64,000 nt of DNA from positions 21,392,001 to 21,456,000 of the forward strand of contig NC_087251.1 in assembly GCF_037042905.1 (NCBI RefSeq). Reading direction: 5' to 3'. The stretch is from Lytechinus pictus (taxonomy: Eukaryota). The notes beneath the pieces are model-generated. The model was not told the DNA's origin and made no database searches. It was given only the letters and a program-made list of their open reading frames with translations. Shown one piece after another: positions 45,101 through 57,360 of this stretch (the first letter of the stretch is position 1; each line of letters begins with the position of its first letter). The position numbers and the translations under genes are program-made.

Positions 45101-48100
45101 TTTCTGTGTCGTTGTCACTTTGCCAAAGTGACTTTCAGAGAATTAATCTGGATTGACGGCTCTTTTTCACATACCCCCATCAGACTAAAAATAGGATACC
45201 ATTGATAACTTCAGGTCCACCCCCACCCCATGGGACAGTTTTATGACTCAATTGTCAACTCTTACAATTTCATTAAATTCCTTTGCTTTTGATTGACTGA
45301 GAGTCATTAGTCTCTATCTTTTACTATGGCGACTGTCAGAAAATGATGATTTGTCAGTGCTTACATTTTCAATGAAATGTTCCCCCCCCCCCGATGATCT
45401 TGAATGTTGCAGTCAAATTTTTCTTGTATTATTATGCAGCTTTCAAAAGGCACAGAGCTTCCTGGGACCCTGCTGGAATGGCTTGGAGATGAGGCTTCAA
45501 GACTAACATTAGATGTCACAAGGTATCACATTCTATTTCTTTTCATAATGATTTATGGTTTGTTCTTTAGCATTGCCCTACCTAGGAGCAGGACTGGTTC
45601 CAGGATATTTTGGTGTGGGGGTGGCAAGGCAACCTTAACCCTATCTAGGCCGGGGTATTTTGGGAGTTCATATGGCCGGGGGGGGGGGGGGCCTCCCAGG
45701 CCCCCCCTTGAGATCTCGGCCGTTGACAGCGCGATCGCGCCAACAATTGGCACGCAGGTTGTCTGGGACATAATCTACAAAATTGTATAGTAATTTATTT
45801 CATGCGAATTGCCATTAGGTGATTATGCTAATTTATGCGTAATTAGTATGCAAAATCATACTTTTTCCTCTAACTCCCTAAATAAAGCTCCAAATGTTCT
45901 AATTTTTAGTATAGAAACTCTTTGTGGTGTTCTTAGCAAGTGTACATGAACAAAATTGTGATATCAAATCATTTTCTTATGTATTATATTGTTTTTTGCA
46001 ATTTCTTTGTTTTTTTACCTTTTGTTTTTCATTGTTTTTTCAATGAAATTTGTTGGGTACTTTTCTGAGATCATAAAAAGCATAAAATAAATACATTTAG
46101 ACCAGCAAAACTAAAAATAAACATACATTTTTATTATTTTGGGTTGAAAACACAATTTACATTGACTTTGTACACAAAATCACGTTTTTGAGCAATTTTT
46201 GGTCTGACATGCACTTACATAATGTTGCGTAATTTCGGAACCACGTACCCGGGTGACGCAAAATTGGTCTCAAAAGTTGCGCAAGACTTAAAAGTAAAAA
46301 GTCAGCGAGCGGCGCGGTCAAAAAATTTCGCAAGGCCGAAAATATTGCACGGATCGTTGAGGGGGGGGGCCTCCGAGGCCCCCCCCCCCCCCCGGCCTAG
46401 ATAGGGTTAAAGGTCAAGTCCACCCCAGTGAAATGTTGATTTGAATAAATAGAGAAAATCAAACTAGCAAAACGCAGAAAATTTCATCAAAATCAGATGC
46501 AAAATAAGAAAGTTATGACACTTTAAAGTTTTGCTTATTTTTCACAAAACAGTGATATGCACAACTCAAATGAGAAAGTCGATGATGTCCCTCACTCACT
46601 TTTTCTTTTGTTTTTTATTGTTTGAATTATGGAATATTTAATTTTTTATAGATTTGACAATAAGGACAAACTTGAATCACGGAGTATTAAACAATGCTAA
46701 TTCCACATGTTCAGGGAGGAATTAATCGTTGTTTATCTTGACAATGAGGAGAAAAATAGAATATTCCCTATTTCATATAATAAAATACAAAAGAAATAGT
46801 GAGTGGATGACGTCATCAGTCTCCTCATTTGCATACCCACCAGGATGTGGATATAACTGTTTTGTGAAATTAAGCAAAACTTTAAAATGTCATAACTTTC
46901 TTATTTTACATCCGATTTTGATGAAATTTTCAGAGTTATGCTTGTTGGATTTTTCTCTTTTTATTCAAATCAACTTTTTCTTGGGGTGGATTTGTCCTTT
47001 AAGGATACATCATTTTGTTTCAATTGAGTATCATAGGTAACGTAAGAGTTACATGGCTTAGACCTCTAATTTTTATACTCTTCTTTCTTCCTTTTTGCTT
47101 ACTCAGAAAATAAGGAAAAAGGGGTATACTTTTCATCCCTATCATGTATATGAAATATTTTATGTATTATTTAGAGTAGGGAAAACATGAAAAATACTTT
47201 TCATTTTAATCCAAGTTCTGAGAACGATGCCTTATTTAGTGTCCATTTTAAAAGTCCATGTACAAGTATTGTGTCCAACTTATAACTGCAGTGCAACCTC
47301 CCTCTCCTCCAAGGGTTGTTAGACCAATGTGGTTTGCCATATTCCAGTCCTGTGAGAAGTCATACGTAACTTTACTATTAAACATGTTTATGAAACAGCC
47401 TGAGGTTTTCCCTTCCAATAGGAATAGTGGATTTTTTTTTCATGTGCAAGGGTGGTAGCTCTTTTACACAGGACCTCCATTTAACATCATGGTGAATGGG
47501 AAATTACCACACTTTACATTAATTGTGAAATTCACATTATTTTCAAATTAACAGGTCAAAGAATGCTTCTGAATTGAGTCTGCTGGACAGGCTCTTCAAT
47601 ACCAGTCTAGAGGTCAGTTTGGACATGACTGAAGGTGGAGAGCGGGAGGTCACTGCAATCAGTCAGCTACTAATGAGTACTGGTCTAGAGGTCAAGAGGA
47701 ACGTAAAAGATGGGGAAGAGCGGGCAGTCACTTCGGTCAGTCAGCAACCAACAGGAACTGGGCTAGAGATCAGGATGGACACCGGAGATGTAGGAGAGCA
47801 AGACGTCACCAAGGTCGGTCAGCAACCAACAGGATTTGGTCTTGAGGTCAAGATGGACATGAAAGACATAGGAGAGCGTGAGGTCACTAAGGTCAGTCAG
47901 CAACCAACAGGAACTGGTCTAGAGATCAGGATGGATATGAGAGACGGAGGAGGTCATAAGGTCACTGCCGTTGCTCAGCAACCAACAGATAATAATCTTA
48001 TGGTCAGGATGGACACGAAAGCTAAAGGAGAGCGGGAGGTCACTGTGAGCTGTCAGCAATCAAAGAGTATGCCTGCAACATTACCAGATCTAGGAGGTAA

Positions 48101-51100
48101 ACTCGAGTCCATATGTAAAACTATATTTCATTATTCGTATTCTGGATTCTCTATTTCATTGCTTGAATATATCAGCTGGTAACATAGTTTCTGTGTGGAT
48201 GCTACCATTTTTGTTGGCTTGCCTCAAGGAGCAAAGAAGTGGCTGTAGTTGTGAAAGAAGATTACAATACAGAAAGCAATTGTGTCATAAGTAACTGGCC
48301 AATCTGTTCAAGCAAGAAGTCAATGATTAGAATCTTCTCTCCACCGTTCCATTTAGCAGTTGATTTAAGGCTTGAAATTCAATATTGTGTGAAAGTTTTA
48401 ATATGAATGAAGAAATTCATATCTAAAACAAGTCAAGGATTTGTTTTACTTATATTTTTTAATCAGTGCATCTGGTTCTAATCAGATTATCAGAGCAATA
48501 CTGCCAGAACCTGGTTTGTAAAATAAGATGAACCAGCACTAAACTTACAATATTGGTTTTATCATCAAGAGTGAGTTGAGGCAATTACTGCAGTTTGATC
48601 AAAGAGATCAAATGCCATAACCTGATCAGAGATCCATGGAAACTTAAACTTATACTTTCCATTGATTTTATTTTTCAAGTTTAAGATAAATAAAAGCTCA
48701 TAACAGCATTTGGTTGTTGGTAGGAAACAAAACAACATGAATGAAGATTCAAGATTCTATAAAAAAAAATCTGAGGGTTTAATAGAAAGGGGTGAAAAAA
48801 ACCTCAATTTATTTCTGAACCATGAGGTATTGATCTTACAGTGTGACTGTTGGAAGTACTTCAGAAGCAGCAATAAATCACTTCTGCTCTTTTAGGGTTA
48901 AATTCATTGTTTATTCTAGAGAGTAGAATGGTTGAAAATATAACAAGATATTGATTATATTATCACCCAGCCATATGAAGGGTAGCAGTAAACATCCTTT
49001 TTATTATGACTTTATGATAAAATCATGAGAAGATCACATGCTCTTCCTGTTGATAAAGATAATAACATTCCTCGATTGGTTGATAATGTTGGTTAATGAC
49101 TTCCTGAATTTGATCAAAGTCCATATGACCTGCAGTCAAACTAAGCACTATCATTTGTATGTAAACAATTTGTATAACTGTATATACCGTGTGAGTAAAA
49201 AAAAATTGACACATTACAAATCCCCAATTTGATAAAATTATGTCATAAAGGCATAATCACTATATATGGCTGGAAAGAGTATCTTCTCCCAAATAATTTG
49301 ATACCATTTATATGTGGTATGTGGTTTGCGCCAAAGTACATATAAGGGATGGATGCAATGAACGAACCCCAGATACCAATGATGTCATAATCCTACACGA
49401 GCTAGTAAAACATATTTGCAAACAATGAAATTAATTTGAGAATTGATAATTTAACAAGTGTTTATTAAACAATTATGATGTATATTACTGAAAAAGTGTT
49501 TGAAAGATTTAATACAACCCTTTTAGGATTATGACATCATTGACATCTGGGTTCATTCATTCCAGTAATGCCTTACTTTGGCACAAATCCAAATTTACAT
49601 CACTAAAGAATACCTCTTGATCCAGGCGTCAACTCATACCACATAAATATAGTATCAAATTATTTGGGAGAACATAGTCTCCAGGTCATATACAGTGCAT
49701 CCCACAAAAACAAAACCGAGATTTATTGATGATTTATCATAACTTAATCACAAATACAATAGACAAATGACCTTCCATTGTAAAGCTTATAATCTCCTCT
49801 TTCATCTGAAATTACTTAGATTATTTCTCACTCATGCATGAGTGAGCAAAAACAATTGAAGAGGGGATACCAAAAAGTCACTTGGCGGGCTGTATCTTGG
49901 TTTCAAAAGAAAACCACATTTTTAAAACGTTCAATATCTACTCTTTAATTTTAATAATTTCATCAATTACAGAAAATGGTCAAGAAATAACAAAGCTCTG
50001 GTTATTTGAAATAAGGCTTGAATTTCAACAATTTCATAAGATAAAGAGGTTTTACAGACTCGCATCCAGACTCACTCGACACTCCGTTTTGTTGACGATC
50101 AGCCATGCATTGAGTCTTTTTTAAACTATGCGATAGCTTCTGTGGGAAACTGGTGAAAACATGTTTATTTAATGAAATTATGGAAATACAAGCATTGTTT
50201 TGAGGGAACAGAACTGTTTTACTTCTTGACCATTTTCTGTGATTAAGGTATCAAATGAAAGAGCAGATATTGAACTTTTTAGGCATGTGATTTTCTTTTT
50301 GGAATTAAGATACCCCCCACCAAATGAGTTTTTGGTATCCTTTCTTCAAATTGTTTTTGCTCACTCATGCGTGAATGAGGAATAATCTAAGTTATTTCCG
50401 ATGAAAGAGAGATTCCAATCTTTACATTGGTAGGTCATTTGTCTATTGTATTTATGATTAAGATATGACAAATCATCGCTAAATCTCGGTTTTGTTTTTT
50501 GTGGGACGCACTGTATAATAATTATGGGTTCATGATATATACAGTGCGTATCAAAAAAAGTTTACACTTTGAAAAAGCCCTGGGAATAAAAAAATATACA
50601 TGTGGGTAATTTTTTCACATATAATCTTTGGTTTGGGTCTCATCTGTCCAATGAAAGTAAAAGTTTTGACAGAATGTTACACTTGAGTGAGCACTGTCCA
50701 TTTTTGTAAAGCTTGCAGAAATCTGTTTGCGCAGAAATGCTTGTTTTCACAATGTGTCAAGGGGAAAGGGCAAAATCAAACTTACCCTGCGAAACATTTC
50801 TCATACATTTCCCTTGCACTTTTAGTCAATCGAAATAAAACGGATACATTCAAGCATTTTCTAATGATTTTGCCACCCAAATTGAAATTTCAACACTTAG
50901 TAATCACATCCTTTACCCTTTTTGTTCCAGCTGGATCTGAGGACATAACTGGATCTGAACAAAAGTTTATATCAGACATCTCCAGCATTTTTTCACAAAG
51001 TTTTTATCATTTAAATTGGGTTTAAATTTCATTTTCCATTTAATACTTGTTTCTCCACACTTTTCCCAAGCTTGACAATGATTAACAAAATGAAAATCAA

Positions 51101-54100
51101 GCCTGGCCATTTCATGTAAATCACACATCAGTGTAAAGCAAATATCATTACGATGGACTCGGTGTGTGGGGGAGTGGGGTGGGGCGCAATGCACTCTTCA
51201 AAGTGTTTTGGGCAAGGAAACAAGTTAAAAAGGGTAAAAGATATCTTCAAATCAATTTTACTAGCTAAATGCCTCTTGTTCTTCATGATTAAGGTCAACT
51301 TTTATTCGCATAACTATTTCAAACTTCTGCGCAAATCATTTTTCAATAACTTTTCAAAAGTAAGTGGTGTTCACTCAGCGGAAATATTTTTCGACAGTTA
51401 CATCGTCATTTGCTTATTAATGGATCTGTACCAATGTTAAAATGTGGAAAAATCTTCAGGATATTTCAAATGTATAATTTGACAGGATTTTTTTAAGTGT
51501 AAACTTTTTTTTGATACGCACTGTAGTGTTGTTAAATTGGGGATAATTCATGAGGTGCCAAGTTTTTTTTACTCACAAGTTTATAGATTGATTGATTGAT
51601 TAATTGATTGATAAATTGGGGATAATTCATGAGGTGCTAAGTTTTTTTTACTCACAGTTTATAGATTGATTGATTGATTTATGAATTGGTAGATTTAATA
51701 GATACAGATAGAAAGATTAATAGATACATGTAGATAGATAGATAGATAAATAGCATGTATTATTATAAAGAGATTTAATAGAGTCCATAGTTTATTTGAA
51801 TGTACTTGTATACTAATGATATCAATGCAAAGCATGAATTCAGTATTTCAGTGCCCTTTGACAAAAGCACACAGTCATTATTGGACCTTTTTCAATAAAG
51901 AGAGCTATATTGTTTCCAGTACTTGTAAGCCCTTCTTAAAGCCTTGACGAATATTCACAAATGAGCTTTATATTGGAGTTTAATCTAACATTCCAATTTT
52001 ACAAAAGTGTAGTGAAAATTTTCTCTTTTTTCACTCATTGATTCTTTGTGAGAATTTAAAGTTTACTGTTCATTAATGTCTTTTTTTTCTATAAATTAGT
52101 GATTGCATATCCAAAAGCTGCCAACAAGTACTAAATTCTGAAAATTTAGCCTGTTCCATGTTTAAGAGTGGTTGGTATTATACCTACAATAATTTTTTGG
52201 ATTTTTTTTTTTTTGCGGGGGGGGGGTATCCTGACCAAATGAATTATCATCTATATCCCAAAATACATTCTCACAAACATGATTTTACATGTATGTCACA
52301 TCCACATTCCATTAATAAAATATTTCAAGGACATACACATTCAATTGTACATTACGGTTTATCTGTATTTCATTCTCACAACCTGCATAAAACCAAAAAT
52401 AATACACCTGTGTGAATTTGGATCTATGAATCTTGTTTTCTGCAGTACCTAGATATTATTAGAAAAGTTGCATGAACAAAGTGCAATGATCTCTGCTTTA
52501 ATCAGATGTGATTAAAAGGTCCCATTTCCTTGATGTATGTTTTGAATATCATTGTTGCTTGTTTTTTCCCAACCTTATGGTTTCCCCATGTTAAATCAAG
52601 TACCCCAACATTAGTTTCAAGGAAGGCCAACTGTCATGTGTATAAAGCATGAGTGAAACCTTTTTATATATGAATGACAAACATTAGTTAAGTTAACATT
52701 AACAAATAAAGTTAGCATGCACAGAAAGTGGGTGAATAAGTACACTAAAGAGCACATATTCTCAAGAGAGATTCTTTGAGGATGAAATAATAACTTTCCT
52801 TCTTTTGTTTCATTGCTTCTGTTTGTTTTGAGTTTTTATAGGAAAGAACAATGTTTAGTAAATCATGAGATCCCAAGACATTCTATAATTTGAAAAATAC
52901 ATTTCCACCTGATGGAGTGGATAAACCATTAAAGCTGATGATGTAGAATGGATTTTTTTTAATGTGGTATAGTGTCATGATTTCTTTTATTTTACCACTT
53001 GAAGTTAGGATTGTTGTTCTCTCTCATTGTTGGTGATATCATGGCCTAGTCTTGTATGTCGTAAGTAATTTATTTTGATTAATCACAATATTTTGTAGCA
53101 GATTGACTCTTTTCATCTCTATCTTGTGATATGTGATTTTTTCTATCATAGTTGAGGATCAGAATACCCATTGCATAGCTTTAGTAATGTCTTAATGCTC
53201 CTGTTTATTTTTTTAATCTCTGTTACGTAGAAAAATTGAGTCAAGCAGAGGTGGCCTTGATGAGGGATAGGAGAAAGCAGGGATACCATCAATTCAATCC
53301 AGATGTTGTCTCAACAAAAGAAAATGGAAACGCCATTAGAAAGAAAGAAAATGCTAGGATGAACTCCCCACCCAGAAACAGAAGGAAAACAAAATTCAAC
53401 ACATCAGACTTTCAGTCAGAAGAAGGGCAATTTCCAAAGGTTTTTAAGCAGAAGGTCAAGGTTAAAGGAGTCGGCTCGAGAAAAGGATGGCCCATAAAAA
53501 AATTGGGTGTGGGCTCTGTTCCGAATTATAGTTGTTTGGGAAGTAACACACCATCTATCGGCTCAGAGACAAAGATAACTAAGAAGAGAAGCAAAGGAAA
53601 GGGATTGGCAAGTTCTATTCTAACCACTGTGTCAGTTCAGGGAGGTAAAGTTTGTAGAAGAACTTCAACTAGCCGAAGGGTAGGGGTCCCTTCTATTCGA
53701 CGTAGCGTGTCTCAAGAGAGCTCATCAGACGGTCAATCAGGTGCGTCTAGAAACACTAAGAGAGGGGTAAAGCTTCAGCAGTGTATAGCAAAGATGAAGC
53801 ACAGAAAGAAGAGTAGGTCTGATATTAGCAGTAATGGCTCAAACAGTCTAGTTATCAAGAATAGTGCTGTGTCATGTACTCCTAGCTCAGCAATCTCTAT
53901 TGTAAGAGGATATTCCGAAAACAGTAGTTCTGGTGATAAAACCTTCAACCCGAACAGTCTGCCTATCAGGAATACTGCTGTATCCCGCATAGCCAGCTCA
54001 ACATACGTTATTGATGCAGGATCTTCACATTCTCTTAAAAATTGTAGAAATCATCCAGAACTGTTCATGTCATCACCCACTTATGGAGCAAGATCTTATG

Positions 54101-54858
54101 AAGGAAAGGAAAGTAGAACAAGCATGTCTTCTGCTACTCAGAAACCTACATTGGATACTTCCGGAAACAGCCACAAAAGAGGGAGAGTTACAGTGCCCCC
54201 AACAAAACATAGTCCCAAAACACTAAGTACTGTTACCAAAGAAAGAAGTCTTCCATCTGCCATATTGCCTTACAGCAGGTATGAACCATCCAGGGCTATC
54301 ACAAAACAATCATCTTTATTAAATCCAGGAGGAACAGTAAGCAGTCTTGGATTTAAGAAAAAGAAACTTGTGAAGAGATTAAAGAAACTGAAACAGAAAT
54401 TGACAGGCAAAGGCAGAACTACTCCGGACAGTTCACTGCACTATACAAATCAAATGAGCATCTCAAGAAGCACTCCATTACAGATTCAGCAACAACATCA
54501 TTTCAACCTTCAACCTCTTCGGAATCAGTATCAACATCATGGCCAATCCAGTGAGCCTCAGTATTATCATGGTAACAAACATCCTCAATCTCATCATCAT
54601 CATCATCATGAAAGCAGAACACATCCACACCAGGGCAACAGGCAACAAAAAGACATTCCTCACAAGAAGCACCCCAGCAAAAAAAATCAACAAGCACATC
54701 CATTGCCACCCTCATATCACAATTTGAGTCAAAAGACTTCCAAAAAGAAGAGTCATGCCCAGAAAGGATTGGTACTAAATCAGAAAAGGGAAAATCATAA
54801 AAGAAAAACAAGAGATACTGACCATGATATGGATTCTATATTTGCAAGCTTACTTTGA
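33133..54858 (+). CDS. NEPRO: Nucleolus and neural progenitor protein-like (NEPRO/C3orf17, DUF4477 N-terminal domain), ~963 aa. Exons: 33133-33223, 40863-41032, 41900-41976, 42899-43027, 43803-43880, 44630-44723, 45440-45522, 47555-48096, 53231-54858
   Basis: The spliced translation resembles vertebrate NEPRO as I recall it: MAAP..GPWN, LKAELVTLSRFLYKNKNSQRNWK, KLKKCLERL, LPSRQMLEYLCVGLQG, FLAIVSRIRVL, LPGTLLEWLG, LLDRLF, DLGE and terminal DMDSIFASLL (compare DIDDIFA). Phases are consistent; total 2892 nt. An in-phase alternative exon-1 donor lies after 33256. Small extra exons in 48097-53230 cannot be excluded. Confidence 0.85.
34028..34611. mobile_element. TTAA-flanked palindromic MITE (Kolobok-like)
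   Basis: TTAA|AGGAGAATGAAAC ... GTTTCATTCTCCT|TTAA; long inverted arms (GATCCTCCCATTGGCAATGCGACCAAGATCT / AGATCTTGGTCGCATTGCCAATGGGAGGATC). Confidence 0.9.
34948..39207. mobile_element. 4.26-kb hAT-like non-autonomous composite inserted in the left arm of the foldback element
   Basis: CAGGTGCGGATCC / GGATTCGCGCCTG; TSD GGTTCTAT at 34940-34947 and 39208-39215. It contains a polypurine tract (~35010-35830), many GCTCGCGCTTCGCGCTCGC motifs and internal orphan ends (~36393, ~38528, ~38762). Confidence 0.88.
39361..40029. mobile_element. TA-flanked MITE in the centre of the foldback element, itself interrupted by a hAT-like MITE (39401-39728)
   Basis: TA|CGGAGCCT..AAAATGCCATC / GATGGCATTTT..AGGCTCCG|TA. 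Inner element CATTGGCGGCGGAAG / CTTCCGCCGCCTAAG with TSD TAATTAAT at 39393-39400 and 39729-39736. Confidence 0.8.
43028..43802 (+). other. U12-type (minor spliceosome) GT-AG intron, NEPRO intron 4
   Basis: 5' splice site GTATCCTTT (43028-43036); branch site TTTTCTTGAC (43775-43784); AG at 43801-43802 with no polypyrimidine tract. The splice keeps the frame (..EQAAL/LMIETL..). Confidence 0.9.
43927..44339. mobile_element. MITE with (T)TAA flanks in NEPRO intron 5
   Basis: TTAA|GGCGACCGCACACCT ... AGGTGTGCGGTGGCC|TTAA. Confidence 0.8.
45639..46406. mobile_element. piggyBac-like non-autonomous element
   Basis: TTAA|CCCTATCTAGGCCGGGG ... CCCCGGCCTAGATAGGG|TTAA: perfect 17-bp TIR with CCC/GGG ends. 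Confidence 0.9.
46411..46998. mobile_element. TTAA-flanked palindromic MITE (Kolobok-like) abutting the piggyBac-like element
   Basis: TTAA|AGGTCAAGTCCACCCCA ... TGGGGTGGATTTGTCCT|TTAA with long inverted arms. Confidence 0.85.
47601..48068 (+). repeat. Coding tandem repeat, 6 x 78 bp (26 aa), in NEPRO exon 8
   Basis: Consensus TGLEVRMDM.DGGEREVT.VSQQPTG; DNA unit ..GGTCTAGAGGTCA.GATGGAC..GGAGAGCGGGAGGTCAC..CAGCAACCAACAG. Confidence 0.92.
49187..51580. mobile_element. Tc1/mariner-type MITE nest: outer palindromic MITE carrying two TA-inserted CAGTG-ended MITEs (49693-50513 and 50542-51523)
   Basis: TA|CAGTGCATCCCACAAAAA / TTTTTGTGGGACGCACTG|TA and TA|CAGTGCGTATCAAAAAAA / TTTTTTGATACGCACTG|TA. 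Outer GTGAGTAAAAAAAA / TTTTTTTTACTCAC; its right arm becomes continuous once both inserts are removed. Confidence 0.85.
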
Positions 54859-55870
54859 TCGTGGTCCATGAGGGGTTGTTCAATGAAGCTATTTGTGCAG
54901 TTGCTCAACAATTTATGAACAATTTGCAATATGAAGTACTCGCATTTCCAGGTATTTTAACAGAGAATGCCTGTATTCATTTAGATTGTTGCAACCAAGT
55001 ATAATTTTCACCAAAGTATTTTTTTAACATTTGTTTATGTTATTACCAATATTGTTTGAAGTAATTTCATTATTATATATGTATGTATGCAGTGCATACA
55101 AATGACTTGCTAAAGGCACCTTGAGTGGAAATCAAACCTCAGACTTTTGTGTGTCTACCACTTACCTTAGACCTCTCGACCAGCACCTTCACAAAAAGAA
55201 AAATTTTAAGAATAATATGCATAAGTTCTGCATATTATCGCCCCGTCTTAAGCATACAGTTGCTGCCAAGAAGACATTTTTGTCTCACCTGCAAAGCAGA
55301 GCGAGACTATAGGCGAAAAACTTAATATTTGTGGATTTTTTAGGCTTTGTTTGATTTAACAAAAAGTTTAGGCTTTGGTTGATTTTACATAACAAATATG
55401 TGCACATTACAAGCGAAGTGCAAATTAGAGTTACACGATGATGTCACATATTCACTCTTTTTAAACACTGTTTCTTCCTTGTTAGCATCCTTTCCACCTT
55501 TCTTTTATTTATTGCCCCACCCTCTAATCTGGTCAATAAAAATGCACAAAATATATGACAAATTTTATCACTCTTAAGACTTTCATGTGCTGCTTATTAG
55601 GAATCTGTGGTTTTCTATTAAGCACCATTACCCTTGGTGCATTTATCAAAATAGAAACCAAGATATAATTACATATTCCATATAAAAGAAAGGATTTTTT
55701 TTTTATTGATTCTTTTAGTGTCATTTTTGTAGCCCCCCCCCCCCATAGCTGGTTGCAACTAGTTTGATATCATAAAAAGAATAATAATTTTCATATTTAT
55801 GTGACTTTGTTTAAACTTTGACCCACCTACTTCTCCTCATTTCATTCCATACAACTATTGGGATGGATCA

Positions 55871-56029
55871 GGGCCCTGTTGCATAAAAGTTTTTATTATG
55901 GTAACTTTGCCATTCAACGGTAACTTCCATGGTAACGATGATCAGCAGCCAATAAAAATCAAGAATTCCAGGCAAGATACCCTTGGATGGCAAAGTTACC
56001 ATAATGGTAACTTCTATGCAACAGGACCC
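55871..56029. mobile_element. Short palindromic MITE (PIF/Harbinger-like ends)
   Basis: GGGCCCTGTTGCATAAAAGTT / AACTTCTATGCAACAGGACCC. Confidence 0.7.
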
Positions 56030-56679
56030 AAGCCTTGCTTAGTAGCAAGTACATGTACGACTGCTTTTTCAAAAATGAATGGATAAAAACACGTCAATTT
56101 TTCAGATATTGTGTTGGATCTGTTTTTATGTTGTTTAAATTATCAGAAGCAGTTTTGGACAAATATCTTCTGGGGAGGAGGGCTCCACCCACCTGACCCA
56201 TGCCAGCAGCCCTTAAGTGGGCCCCTGGACCCGTGCCATGATGTGTTTGCTATGCATGTTGGTTAGTAGCCGCAATAAAGATATCTGATAACAATACTAA
56301 TCAAGAACCCCTGCTCTAGGACTATTTCAACACACATGATCAACTCTTTTATTTTTTTGTTGCCACAGTAATGCAATATTTGTATAATTATGAAATCTAA
56401 GTGAAGTTTACTCTTCATATTTTCTGGGGAACAAGTCCTGATTCATTCGATCATTACCATCCAATTGTTTGCTTCTCAGCCAATAAAAGTCAAGGAAACT
56501 TGACAGATCTGATAACTACTAGTATTCAGACAAAGCTGTTGAAAAGAGAATGGAAAGGGAAATTCAAATAATTTCCATTTACTTGTAAATATTGTGATTA
56601 GATGTGATTGAATACTAACAAAACACATAATTTAAAAAGGGGGGGGGGGACAAAATAGAATGGAAGCTGAGCTAAGCAG

Positions 56680-57140
56680 CTCGTTGGGAGCATGTTTAAT
56701 TACAAATCGTTGATCATGTAATGTCTCGTTCTGAACAATAAAAAAGGAATCTCGTTCTATTATGTAATGTCTCGTTCTGAACAATAAAACGAGTCTCGTT
56801 CTAATTATGTAATGTCCTGTTCTCAACAATAAAAAAGGGGGATTGGTATCAATCCAGTCTCACAACGTTGGCTCGTTGTGAGCATGTCCAATTTTAAATC
56901 GTTAATTATGTACATGCAATGTCTTATTCTGAACAATGAGAAAGAGAGTCTCGTTCAAATTATGTAATATCTCGTTCTGAACAATAAAAAAAGAGTCTCG
57001 TCTGTAATCTCTCTGAACAATAAAAATAGGGATTGGTATACTATCTTATAAGTTTTGCAACCATGAATTTAATAGATCTATGTCTCGTTCTAATATAGTT
57101 AAAAGTGGTATGGCACTTAATCTCACAACGTTGGCTTGTT
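56680..57140 (+). repeat. Compound minisatellite (~45-bp unit within a ~190-bp higher-order repeat)
   Basis: ATGTAATGTCTCGTTCTGAACAATAAAAA..GAGTCTCGTTCTAATT is repeated; GCTCGTTG.GAGCATGT at ~56679 and ~56872; GGGATTGGTAT at ~56839 and ~57029. Confidence 0.8.
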
Positions 57141-57169
57141 GCCAGCTATTGTATAGCAATTCAGTCTTT

Positions 57170-57360
57170 AACAAGTCTTGGGTCACATAATCAATGTCAA
57201 ATGTCATTTAGGGTAAATAAACGTAGAATTATATTATATGAATTGTGTTTTTGTGAATTATTACTATAGTCGTTTTCAAAGTCGGCACTGCTGCTATATT
57301 GAATCGCGTAATGCAAGCGAGACTGCCAGAGGCGCCCCCCCCCCCCCCCCCCACTTGTAT
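57170..57360 (+). mobile_element. 3' end of a HINE-like element; a matching isolated 5' end lies at 55280-55315
   Basis: GTTTTCAAAGTCGGCACTGCTGCTATATTGAATCGCGTAATGCAAGCGAGACTGCCAGAGGC..CCACTTGT matches the ends of copies 1-3. 55280-55315 reads TTGTCTCACCTGCAAAGCAGAGCGAGACTATAGGCG. Confidence 0.8.

Noticed and set aside
55115..55190. tRNA-like sequence on the minus strand
   Set aside because: The A/B boxes are degenerate and there is no cloverleaf. At most it is an old SINE head.
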